In this document: positions 7,213-15,928 of the stretch, one piece after another
How the letters are laid out: each line of letters begins with the position of its first letter
How positions within the stretch are numbered: the stretch's first letter is position 1
Source of the DNA: Promethearchaeum syntrophicum
GTDB lineage: Archaea > Asgardarchaeota > Lokiarchaeia > Sigyniarchaeales > Promethearchaeaceae
DNA length: 32,000 bases
Direction: 5' to 3'
NCBI RefSeq assembly: GCF_008000775.2
Contig: NZ_CP042905.2
Location: forward strand, 3,960,001 to 3,992,000
Made by a program: the position numbers and the translations under genes
Notes under the pieces: generated by a model
What the model saw: only the letters and a program-made list of their open reading frames with translations
The model's database searches: none
Told to the model about the DNA's origin: nothing

Positions 7213-8946
7213 TTAATCGTTTTTAAAATAAAACCAACGCAATTTCTCCGCAGCGGGATCATCATATTTCGAGTATAAAGGCTCACTCGCATTCGTAGCT
7301 AATTCTAACTTTTTCATTAATTCTTTTGCTTCTTCTAAATATTCCGGAAATACATTTGAATTATCAATTTCATCCTCTTCAAAACAATCTTTCAGAGAAA
7401 TTTTTAAAATATTACCGATTGTAGGATTGAATTTCAAATCCTGATCTTCATATTTTCTATGGACCCAATCTCCCGTTCCAAGATCCATTTGATATTCAGG
7501 GATAAATAAATAACCATAATCGGCTACAAATTCAATTGCGCTGCAAATAAAATCAAATTCTTCTTCATTTATGGTATAATGAAAATTAATTCTAGTCCAT
7601 CCTGGTTTAATTGATAAGCATCCCTTTTTCACAATATGACGAATTTCTTCAGATTTTTTAGATCCTATTTTCAATAAGTGATGTCCATAAACAGCAGCAC
7701 AGGAACAACCCGCGCGCGATTGAATACCAAAAAGATCATTCATGAGCTTTGTCGCAAATTTAGGATGTAGATACTTATCATTGTGAATAAATAAGAATGA
7801 GAAAATTGCAATACGTTTTTCAGGATCTTGGTTTCCTAAAATATTTATTCTTGGATTTTTTGATAACCTATCAAAAGCTTTTTTAGTATAATATTTCTCG
7901 CGTTTTTCAATTAAATCTATTCCAATTGATTCTTTTAAGTTAATAGCGAGACTGGCTTTGATAATCTGTAAAATTCCTGGGGTACCAGGTTTTTCTCGAG
8001 TTTCAATATCTTTAGTGTAGAGAACTTGACTACTACTCACATAATCAACTGTTCCACCTGCAGCATAAGTTGGGGGTAACAATTGATTGTACAGATCTTT
8101 ATTAAAAACTAATAATCCTGAAGAACCAGGCCCACCTAAGAATTTATGTGGAGAAATAAAAACTGCGTCAAAGTAAGATTCTTCATCATGGTTCATATCG
8201 ATTTTTACATAAGGAGCACTCGCTGCAAAATCAAAACACGCAAGGGCATTGTGTTTGTGTAGAATTCGAGCAACTTCATAAACCGGAGTTATTAATCCTG
8301 TAACATTGGAAGCAGCTGAAAAAGAACCGATTTTTTTTCTATTTTTGAAGGCAGGATCTGAAACTTTTTTTGCCAAATCTTCTAAATCCAATAGCCCCTC
8401 TTCAGTAATTCCAATTTCAATAACTTCATCAAAGGCTTCTCGCCACATAATATCATTCGAATGGTGTTCATATGGACCTACAAAAATTATTGGTTTTCTA
8501 GTTTTCATTTCTGCTTTTAATTGATTATAAAATTCTTTTCTCGCTTTATCATTTTTTACAAATGGTTGGATTATATCTTCAAATAATTCTTTTGTTGCTG
8601 AAGGAAGTCTCACTCCAATTATTTCTTGAAACTTTGAAATGGCAGCAGTTGATCCGCATCCAGTCTCAATAATTATCCCATTTTTTTCAGCATTAAAGGC
8701 TTTTTTAATATTTTTTTCAGCCCGATGCATTATTCCGGTCATATTTCTTCCGGTAACATCATCTTCTGTATGAGTATTTGCATAAATTCGTTGAATGTGA
8801 ATTAAATATTTTTCAATAAATCCAACAGATCTTCCAGATGCAGTATAATCAGCATAGGTTAAAAGCCGTTTACCATACGGAGTTTTAAAAAAGAAATCTC
8901 TTCCTATTATTTGATTTCTAATAAAATTAGTAGTAAGCTTTTTCAT
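7213..8946 (-). CDS. Class V aminotransferase-fold PLP enzyme (cysteine desulfurase/selenocysteine lyase-like) with long C-terminal extension
   Basis: YADYTASGR N-terminal block. PLP-lysine region FISPHKFLGGPGSSGLL. Active-site-like SRAGCSCAAVYGHH. An extra C-terminal region of about 120 aa. Confidence 0.8.
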   Translation of the reverse strand: MKKLTTNFIRNQIIGRDFFFKTPYGKRLLTYADYTASGRSVGFIEKYLIHIQRIYANTHTEDDVTGRNMTGIMHRAEKNIKKAFNAEKNGIIIETGCGSTAAISKFQEIIGVRLPSATKELFEDIIQPFVKNDKARKEFYNQLKAEMKTRKPIIFVGPYEHHSNDIMWREAFDEVIEIGITEEGLLDLEDLAKKVSDPAFKNRKKIGSFSAASNVTGLITPVYEVARILHKHNALACFDFAASAPYVKIDMNHDEESYFDAVFISPHKFLGGPGSSGLLVFNKDLYNQLLPPTYAAGGTVDYVSSSQVLYTKDIETREKPGTPGILQIIKASLAINLKESIGIDLIEKREKYYTKKAFDRLSKNPRINILGNQDPEKRIAIFSFLFIHNDKYLHPKFATKLMNDLFGIQSRAGCSCAAVYGHHLLKIGSKKSEEIRHIVKKGCLSIKPGWTRINFHYTINEEEFDFICSAIEFVADYGYLFIPEYQMDLGTGDWVHRKYEDQDLKFNPTIGNILKISLKDCFEEDEIDNSNVFPEYLEEAKELMKKLELATNASEPLYSKYDDPAAEKLRWFYFKND

Positions 8947-9112
8947 TTTCTTCCTTTTCCATATAAATCAAAATATCATACATAATTATTTATAAATAAT
9001 ATTCAAATGCTTTTAAAAGATAAGTTTTGTAAAAACAATTCCCCAATATTTATACAAAATGAATAAAACTTCATGATTTATTGATATTATATTAAATTCA
9101 TAAAAATAAAAA

Positions 9113-9127
9113 ATAATTATTTATATA
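9113..9127 (+). promoter_or_regulatory. TATA-like box for the Lrp gene (implies a leaderless or near-leaderless mRNA)
   Basis: ATAATTATTTATATA ends about 22 nt upstream of the ATG at 9149, matching the archaeal TATA-to-TSS distance. A second copy of ATAATTATTTATA lies at 8982-8994 in the same divergent spacer. Confidence 0.35.
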
Positions 9128-9148
9128 TTTGTAAAAACTACATTCAAT

Positions 9149-9622
9149 ATGGCATCACGACGAAGTTTCTTGGATGATATTGATAAAGAAATTCTAAAAC
9201 TTGTTCAACTTGACTCTGGGCGGCCATCTCTTAGTAAACTTGCTCAGAAATTAAATATATCAAAGGCCAAAGTCAATTATCGATTAAATCGATTAGAAAA
9301 TGAAGATATTATTCAAGGATATCACGCCAAGGTCAATCCTTCTAAATTAGGTAAGGATCAACAAATGATTATTCGAATTCGGGCAAAATTTGGACCTGGT
9401 TATCATAAAAAAGTCGGAGAAATGCTATCTAATATCCCCGGAGTTTTTGCAGTTTATTTTGTCTTTGGAGAAAATGATTTTGTTGTGCTTGCCAGAGCCT
9501 CCAATCGAGAAGCTATATTCGAAAAAATGCAGATATTATTCAATTCTGAGTTGATTGAAAGAACAACAACAGAAATCGTTACAAAAGCCATTAAAGAAGA
9601 TAACTGTTTTTTCGATTTCTAA
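9149..9622 (+). CDS. Lrp/AsnC family transcriptional regulator
   Basis: HTH LDDIDKEILKLVQLDSGRPSLSKLAQKLNISKAKVNYRLNRLENEDIIQGY followed by a RAM-like domain (VFAVYFVFGENDFVVLARA). Confidence 0.9.
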   Translation: MASRRSFLDDIDKEILKLVQLDSGRPSLSKLAQKLNISKAKVNYRLNRLENEDIIQGYHAKVNPSKLGKDQQMIIRIRAKFGPGYHKKVGEMLSNIPGVFAVYFVFGENDFVVLARASNREAIFEKMQILFNSELIERTTTEIVTKAIKEDNCFFDF

Positions 9623-9625
9623 ATA

Positions 9626-10705
9626 TTAGATATTCCAAAACTCATCTGAGGTCATTTTTGTTGGTGTTTTACTGAAGGGACAAACTTGAATACAGTTTCC
9701 ACAATCTGTCGAGTATTTAACCCAAATTCCATAGCAAGCATTCGTGTCAACATACCATTTTGTAACCCCCGGATTGTTTGAAGAGCATTTGGGTATGTTA
9801 TTAGGAGTATCTTCGAAAGAAATGGCCTTAGCTTCGCAACTTTCTGCACAACGTAGGCAAGTCTTACAATAATTTGTTATTTTAGAGATAAATTCGAGAT
9901 CAGGAGAATCATCAATTAATGGCATATTGGTGAAAACTTTACAAATTCTGACTCGGGGACCATATTTTTTTGTTAATAATAACCCATTTCTCCCTTGTGC
10001 ACCCAATCCAGCATCTATTGCGAGAGGAATACTTAATCCAGTATCATTTGTTGAAGGAATAGCAATGTATCCTAAATTTCTAATGAACTGAGCTAGACTA
10101 ACTGAAAGCGAGGTCATCATTGAATACCCCAATCCTACAGAAGCAACTTCTAAAAATCCAGGAGAACAGCGAATTCCAGATGGATCCATCTCAATAATTA
10201 AGATAATAGCGTGATTCACTCCTTCGGGTAAAACATTTTCTTTCTTTTTTATTTCTCCTGATCCGATCATCTTTGCAGAATTTTTAAGGATCCAATTTTG
10301 ATTTTGATCTATTTGTGCAATACCAACTTCTGATGCACCCAGGAATTTCCCTGCGCGTTTTACATATTTTGTTAAATCTTCTTTAGCTATCTCATTAGGA
10401 AGGCGCTGAACTACTTCAACTGGAATATAATCTTTTAAGGAAGGTTTCGGGAACCATTTCTTAGCAAATGGCATGTGGGCATCAATTGTCCAAGACGCAG
10501 CATATAAAGCCAAATCAAGCCTACTAAATCCTTTTTCTCCCGAATCGACCCATTTTGTCATATTTGTCAGTAAATCTTGTTGATAAAAAGGAAAATCTTT
10601 ATCGTATAAAGCGCGCATAAAACAATTTTTTTCTTCTGGAAAACGCGAATACTCAGTTGTATCAAGATTATGAATCTCAGAGGTGGATTTTTTTGAAGTC
10701 TGCAT
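9626..10705 (-). CDS. Reductive-dehalogenase-like (RdhA/QueG superfamily) iron-sulfur protein, cytoplasmic type
   Basis: N-terminal RdhA-like block (LDLALYAASWTIDAHM). Ferredoxin motifs CKTCLRCAESC and CGNCIQVCP near the C-terminus. No twin-arginine signal. Confidence 0.65.
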   Translation of the reverse strand: MQTSKKSTSEIHNLDTTEYSRFPEEKNCFMRALYDKDFPFYQQDLLTNMTKWVDSGEKGFSRLDLALYAASWTIDAHMPFAKKWFPKPSLKDYIPVEVVQRLPNEIAKEDLTKYVKRAGKFLGASEVGIAQIDQNQNWILKNSAKMIGSGEIKKKENVLPEGVNHAIILIIEMDPSGIRCSPGFLEVASVGLGYSMMTSLSVSLAQFIRNLGYIAIPSTNDTGLSIPLAIDAGLGAQGRNGLLLTKKYGPRVRICKVFTNMPLIDDSPDLEFISKITNYCKTCLRCAESCEAKAISFEDTPNNIPKCSSNNPGVTKWYVDTNACYGIWVKYSTDCGNCIQVCPFSKTPTKMTSDEFWNI

Positions 10706-10720
10706 TGAATATTATCAATT

Positions 10721-12034
10721 TTACTTCTTTTTTGAATTGTTCTTTTTTGAGTTATTCGTTTTTTTATTATTAAGTCCTATTTCATCTATTTCCTCAAATC
10801 TATGGCCAAATTTCAAGAGATATATTATTAAAAGTACAATCCCTATAGTGGTTACAATAAAAGGAGTTATAAAATGCACAGTTCCCATAAGAAATCCCCC
10901 AATGGCTCCCGGAAACATAGCTCCAAAACCCCTAACAAAAGAAACCATCCCATAAGACTCACCTTTCCTATCTTTATCTAAATCAGTTAGAATAATACTC
11001 TCAGATGGAATAAATGATGCTACTACAATTCCAGATAAAATTTGAATTAGGATCATTGAGGGAAATAGAAATAATTTATATCCAGAAGTCCAAATTATTG
11101 ATGAAATAATATGGAGAGTAAAGATAAATATACCACCAAGTTCGCTAATGATTAGAATTTTCTTTTTTCCAAATTTATCCGTTAATTTTCCTGCGGGAAT
11201 TTGGAATATTATCATCGATACATTGAACCATATATTGAAAAATGCTAACTCTTCTAAGGTAAATCCGTATGCGCTTATTAATCCAGCGGTAAGTACAGAA
11301 TTTGAAATTTCCCAAAAGAAGATATCAAATGTAAGAAATATCATTGCTGTTTTAATTTTAGGACTTTTAATTACTTCTCTCCAACTTTTCGAATTTGAAG
11401 ATTTTTTTACAATTTTCTCATTCTGAACACTCTTCGTATCAGTTACGAAAATGATATTTTTGATCCAATTAATAATACAAATTACTAAAAATATCATGAA
11501 GTAAATATTATATTCAAACCCGGTTAAATTAACAAATACAGCACCTCCTATTGTTGAAGCAAAATAAAGAAATGCCATTTTGCTGAAAATATGACCTAAA
11601 CCTTCCTTGGATTCACCATTTGATTCAGATACTAAAATGTTATAATTTAAATTACTGGACATAAATCCCACTGAACGCAAGATAATACTAATAATTAAGA
11701 GATAAAGGTTATTTTGATTAACAAATAGTAGCAAAAATACTCCAACAAATGCAATCGGCTTAGAAAAAATCATCATTTGTTTACGATTATTTTTGTCAGA
11801 GATCCTGCCTAAAATTGGTGTAGGTAAAAACCATAAAACCGCTGCTAAAGTAGTTAGCAATCCTGTCAGAAAAAGATTATTATTAGTAACCTCATATAGA
11901 AATGGCATATAGGCAATATTGATACAACTATCCCCAAAACCGGATAATAAATTGCCTGCCATAAACGCCCAAAGATTCCTACGTTTTGCTTTTTTAATCA
12001 TTTCTGAATTTAATGGTTCTTTCATGTTTCTCAC
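10721..12034 (-). CDS. MFS transporter
   Basis: About 12 hydrophobic segments. MFS motif-A-like loops LGRISDKNNRKQ and AGKLTDKFGKKK in the two halves. GTG at 12034 or ATG at 12025. The C-terminal tail has an NNSKK repeat. Confidence 0.8.
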   Translation of the reverse strand: MRNMKEPLNSEMIKKAKRRNLWAFMAGNLLSGFGDSCINIAYMPFLYEVTNNNLFLTGLLTTLAAVLWFLPTPILGRISDKNNRKQMMIFSKPIAFVGVFLLLFVNQNNLYLLIISIILRSVGFMSSNLNYNILVSESNGESKEGLGHIFSKMAFLYFASTIGGAVFVNLTGFEYNIYFMIFLVICIINWIKNIIFVTDTKSVQNEKIVKKSSNSKSWREVIKSPKIKTAMIFLTFDIFFWEISNSVLTAGLISAYGFTLEELAFFNIWFNVSMIIFQIPAGKLTDKFGKKKILIISELGGIFIFTLHIISSIIWTSGYKLFLFPSMILIQILSGIVVASFIPSESIILTDLDKDRKGESYGMVSFVRGFGAMFPGAIGGFLMGTVHFITPFIVTTIGIVLLIIYLLKFGHRFEEIDEIGLNNKKTNNSKKNNSKKK

Positions 12035-12690
12035 TTATTCACTGCATATTAGATAATCATGTTAAATGCTGATTACCACGATTATCGGGTTTATTGGATT
12101 TTTGAATTCTTTCTTCTTTTTTTTTTATTTACTTAATAATTTTTCTTCTATATACTTCAGAAGAATTATTGTTTTAGAACACCAATCCACAGTAATAAGA
12201 GAAAATTTACCTTTAAACTTTATGATCTACTATTTCCAGAACCAAATTTGATTTATCCTAATATCCATTACCCCAATCACTCACAAATTATATTTATTGG
12301 CAAATTTTTTTTTAATTTGGAATTTATTATTTTTTTTTTGCATTTTTTCATCTCTAATCTTAATATTCTGCTCATTTTTACCAGATTTTGCTAATTCTAA
12401 TAGGAAATGTGCATTTACAAGGAGAAAATTCTACAGTTTCGGGATAAACAGATAGTGACTATATGATTAACTAGAGAAAATGATCCTAAATATCACAGAT
12501 CTAACATAGGTCCAACTAAGTTCCTAAAGACTCGTATATAGCCACTCATATCTATCCCTAAATATCTTAACAAAACTGGATATAAAAACTTAATTGGGAA
12601 ATTTACTAAATATTTTGAAATAGCTATTTTCTAGCTAATCAAAGAATTTAAGTTTTTAAGACCTTGAATAAAAATAATAGTGCGTTCGAA

Positions 12691-14646
12691 ATGAGAAAGA
12701 TTCATCTGATAGAGGGTTATTCAAAAATCGCTGCAGGAGAGGTAATAGAACGACCTGCATCTGTAGTTAAAGAATTGTTAGAAAATGCTTTGGATGCAGA
12801 AGCAGACCAGATTTTTATAACCATTGAAAATGCGGGAAAAAATCTAATTCAAATTCAAGATAACGGTAAGGGAATTAATGAAGATGATATGGAAATTGCT
12901 TTTCAAAGCCATACATCCTCAAAAATCAAATCTGCGGATGAATTGGATAACTTGCATACATTAGGGTTTAGAGGCGAAGCACTGGCAAGCATTGCTGCAA
13001 TTTCTCAAATTGAAATTATCAGTCATCCTGCACATCAAGATTATGGAAAAAAATTAGAGATTTTTGAGGGAAAAATAAAAAATAATGAGCAATGTGGAGC
13101 ACCTGTTGGCACAACTATAAAAGTCGCAAATTTATTCTTTAATTTACCTGTTAGAAAGAAATTTATGCGGAGTAATAGAGTAGAACTTGGACATATTACA
13201 GATGTATTAACAAGATACTCACTTGCGTACCCCAAAGTTCATTTCAAACTCATTCATAATTCTATTGTCATAATTAACTCCCCAGCTTGGTCAGATCAAA
13301 ATAATGTTGAAGGAAAGAACAATCTTGATCCATATAAATATGCAATTCAAACAATTTATGGAAAAAACGTATCAAGTAATTTAATTCCTATTCATTTTAA
13401 TGATGGAAATATTAAGTTGAACGGATTTATAGGAAGTCCAGAGATATCTAGATCAGATAAAAGCGCGGCTTCTTTATTTGTAAATAAAAGATTAGTAACA
13501 AATAATAAAATTAGCCAATTAATCATAAATTCTTATAAGGATTATTTAATGCGAAACCGGTTTCCTTTTTATATTATATATATCGATGTTCCACCAAATA
13601 AAGTAGATTTTAATATCCATCCCTCAAAGAAAACAGTGAAATTTGAAGACGAATCGAAATTCTTTGTTGATTTACAGATAATAATTAATGATTTAATTAT
13701 AGGGGGATTTAAACAATATCATACCAAAATGAACGAAGAAGGTAAACAAAAATCAAATAAAGATGAAACAATTATAGACTATTGGACACTATCTAATCCA
13801 AAAATTATCAAACCAGATTTATCACCTACTCCTCCATTAATAATGAATTCAACTAAATCAATAAAATCCGCAAGAAGTCAATATTCCCAAGATAAAAAAA
13901 CTCATAAAACAACACAATCTCATTTCAAAATTGGTGATAATACATCAAAACCATTTAAACCATCATTAAATTCTGTAAAAGATAAAAAAAATTCCTTAAT
14001 TTCTTCACAATCTAAGTCTTCAACTATTAAACCCAAGATCAATGTTACTCAATTACCCCCGCTAAATATCTTAAATAGTGGAATTCAAGCAGGAAAAAAC
14101 TATTTAATCTTTCAAAATGATGAAGAACTGGTTCTCATTGACCAACATGCTGCTCATGAAAGAATCAACTATGAAAAAGTTCAAGAAATTTATAATAGCA
14201 AAACAATTCCCATTCAAACTCTGTTAGTACCTCTAAAAATGGAAGTTTCTCCGAATGAAACTGAATTTATTAAAGAAGCAATTCCTGAAATGAAAACATA
14301 CGGTTTTGAAATAGAACACTTTGGAAGAAATACATTTATAATTAGAACAATCCCAGTCTTCATTAACATGCAAAGTAATGAGGCATTGATAAAAGATATG
14401 TGCATGGAAATTTTAAATCTTGGAAAAGAACACAGCTTTTCAGAAAAAAGACGAGAAATCCTCCAGTTCATGGGATGTCATAAGAGCATTACAGCTGGAG
14501 ATGAGATCTGGAGTGAAGAAAAAATTCGAAATCTTATCCAACAACTAGACTCATGCGAAAATCCTCATGCTTGTGCACATGGTCGTCCCGTTTATATAAA
14601 AATTCCTTTTAAAGAATTAGATAAATGGTTCCACAGAACAACCTAA
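12691..14646 (+). CDS. mutL: DNA mismatch repair protein MutL (endonuclease-type)
   Basis: GHKL ATPase motifs (IAAGEVIERPASVVKELLENALDA, DNGKGI, GFRGEAL). C-terminal endonuclease motif DQHAAHERINYE, plus CHKSITAGD and ACAHGRP. The track start is TTG at 12664. I prefer ATG at 12691 (MRKIHLIEG), which matches typical MutL N-termini. Confidence 0.9.
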   Translation: MRKIHLIEGYSKIAAGEVIERPASVVKELLENALDAEADQIFITIENAGKNLIQIQDNGKGINEDDMEIAFQSHTSSKIKSADELDNLHTLGFRGEALASIAAISQIEIISHPAHQDYGKKLEIFEGKIKNNEQCGAPVGTTIKVANLFFNLPVRKKFMRSNRVELGHITDVLTRYSLAYPKVHFKLIHNSIVIINSPAWSDQNNVEGKNNLDPYKYAIQTIYGKNVSSNLIPIHFNDGNIKLNGFIGSPEISRSDKSAASLFVNKRLVTNNKISQLIINSYKDYLMRNRFPFYIIYIDVPPNKVDFNIHPSKKTVKFEDESKFFVDLQIIINDLIIGGFKQYHTKMNEEGKQKSNKDETIIDYWTLSNPKIIKPDLSPTPPLIMNSTKSIKSARSQYSQDKKTHKTTQSHFKIGDNTSKPFKPSLNSVKDKKNSLISSQSKSSTIKPKINVTQLPPLNILNSGIQAGKNYLIFQNDEELVLIDQHAAHERINYEKVQEIYNSKTIPIQTLLVPLKMEVSPNETEFIKEAIPEMKTYGFEIEHFGRNTFIIRTIPVFINMQSNEALIKDMCMEILNLGKEHSFSEKRREILQFMGCHKSITAGDEIWSEEKIRNLIQQLDSCENPHACAHGRPVYIKIPFKELDKWFHRTT

Positions 14647-14667
14647 GCACACAGAAATAATGTTAGT

Positions 14668-14675
14668 AAAAAAAA
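14668..14675 (-). terminator. Oligo-T (T8 on minus strand) archaeal-type terminator after aEF-1beta
   Basis: A8 on the + strand, 14-21 nt downstream of the aEF-1beta stop (14689-14691), in the 42-nt spacer between convergent mutL and ef1b. Confidence 0.4.
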
Positions 14676-14688
14676 TATTTTAAAAATT

Positions 14689-14994
14689 TTATGAAATAAT
14701 AGAAACCATTGAACATTCGGCGCGTTGTACTTCTTCAAGACCCATCAAAGCATCTTCCAACGGTTGAGTGCCACCGTCTCGTTCTTTTAGAATAATTCGA
14801 GCAATTATTTTCTTTGCACCAAACGCAATGTCTTGAACACGGTAAGTTTCTACAATACCATCAGCTTTTTCAACTGTAGGTTTGATGATTTTTTCCATTA
14901 ATTCATCTAAACCTTCCATATCATCGGGAATAATTTCAAAAACACCCAATAGTGTCTTAGGTCCTTTCTTTTTCTTCGGTTTATTTTCTGTCAT
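14689..14994 (-). CDS. ef1b: Archaeal translation elongation factor 1-beta (aEF-1beta)
   Basis: Typical aEF-1beta size and pattern (VFEIIPDDMEGLDELMEKI...IAFGAKKIIARIILKERDGGTQPLEDALMGLEEVQRAE). An AGGAGAT Shine-Dalgarno-like element sits about 7 nt upstream. It lies downstream of the COG2888 Zn-ribbon gene, as in many archaea. Confidence 0.85.
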   Translation of the reverse strand: MTENKPKKKKGPKTLLGVFEIIPDDMEGLDELMEKIIKPTVEKADGIVETYRVQDIAFGAKKIIARIILKERDGGTQPLEDALMGLEEVQRAECSMVSIIS

Positions 14995-15014
14995 TTTAAC
15001 TATCTCCTTTGTTT

Positions 15015-15179
15015 TTACGGTCCTTCAAAATTACACTTTGGACAGTGATACGCTCTTGCGAACCGCCTGCACGCTTCGCAGCGCCATAATAAAACGTCTC
15101 CGCAACTCGGACAAGGAAAATGCACCGCATCCTCATAAGGAGCGATTAGATTTCCGCAACTAGTACATTTCTCAGGCAT
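15015..15179 (-). CDS. Zn-ribbon protein (COG2888 family, translation-associated), 54 aa, missing from the ORF track
   Basis: Hand translation gives MPEKCTSCGNLIAPYEDAVHFPCPSCGDVLLWRCEACRRFARAYHCPKCNFEGP. It has four CxxC pairs and the conserved C-terminal CPKCxFEGP. ATG at 15179, TAA at 15015-15017. The gene ends 20 nt upstream of aEF-1beta. Confidence 0.8.
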   Translation of the reverse strand: MPEKCTSCGNLIAPYEDAVHFPCPSCGDVLLWRCEACRRFARAYHCPKCNFEGP

Positions 15180-15381
15180 TTTTATCTATCTCTATTTTTA
15201 TGATTTAATAACTGATAAAACATTTTTCGGTCATCAAATCACTAATTGAATGAGTAGAATTTTTTATATTAAATAATTTTTTCGTTTTTTTCTTCAGAAG
15301 GAAAATTATTAACCAGAATACCACCGATTGCTTCAATTTTAAAAATCGGGGAAAAATAGGTATAAAAATTTTTAATCGAAG

Positions 15382-15861
15382 TTATAATTCTCTAGATTTC
15401 TTATTTTCTAGGCGTTTCTGCAATTGGGATTCTAAACTTGATCTTAAATTATTATCATAAAAAGCAATTAATTCTTGAGTGGCTGCTTGTCGATAAGAGG
15501 TAGAAATAAGATTTTGCTTTCGATCTATGAAATCATCTAAGATCCTAAACTGAGAGTCAATTTCATCTTTAGGTTGAAAATCTGATTCAAAATTTCTAAT
15601 TATGGATGCTAATAAGGAGAGTAAATCATATGCAAATTTAATTAATGCTTTCATAGCAATTTTCGCGTTTTTATTCGTGAAATAATCGATCTTAGCATAA
15701 GCCTTTAGCGATAAATTTAATTCTTTCGAGTATTCACCCGTTTTTTGAATAAATTCTAAGATAAAATCTTTGGAAAAATCAGGATATTCTTCATAAAATT
15801 CGAAAGTTAGAGAATGAAATTTCAATTCAATTGCATGTAGCTTTGGTAAAGGATCTCGCAT
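15382..15861 (-). CDS. Hypothetical all-helical protein
   Basis: Open frame directly downstream of the membrane/Zn-ribbon gene. The track start is GTG at 15891. ATG at 15861 (MRDPLPKL) is more plausible. No motif recognised. Confidence 0.5.
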   Translation of the reverse strand: MRDPLPKLHAIELKFHSLTFEFYEEYPDFSKDFILEFIQKTGEYSKELNLSLKAYAKIDYFTNKNAKIAMKALIKFAYDLLSLLASIIRNFESDFQPKDEIDSQFRILDDFIDRKQNLISTSYRQAATQELIAFYDNNLRSSLESQLQKRLENKKSREL

Positions 15862-15928
15862 TAGTAAATAACTCAATAAAAATAAAATCACTCGAACTTA
15901 TAAAAAATGTGGAAAATAATTGCTTTAT

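Noticed and set aside
12066-12251. 61-aa ORF in the long spacer upstream of mutL
   Set aside because: It runs through a poly-T tract (FFFFF) and is low-complexity with no start context. It is most likely non-coding.
14882-15163. 93-aa + strand track ORF spanning the aEF-1beta start and the spacer upstream of it
   Set aside because: It is antisense to two well-supported minus-strand genes (aEF-1beta and the 54-aa four-CxxC Zn-ribbon). Its sequence is low-complexity with no motif.
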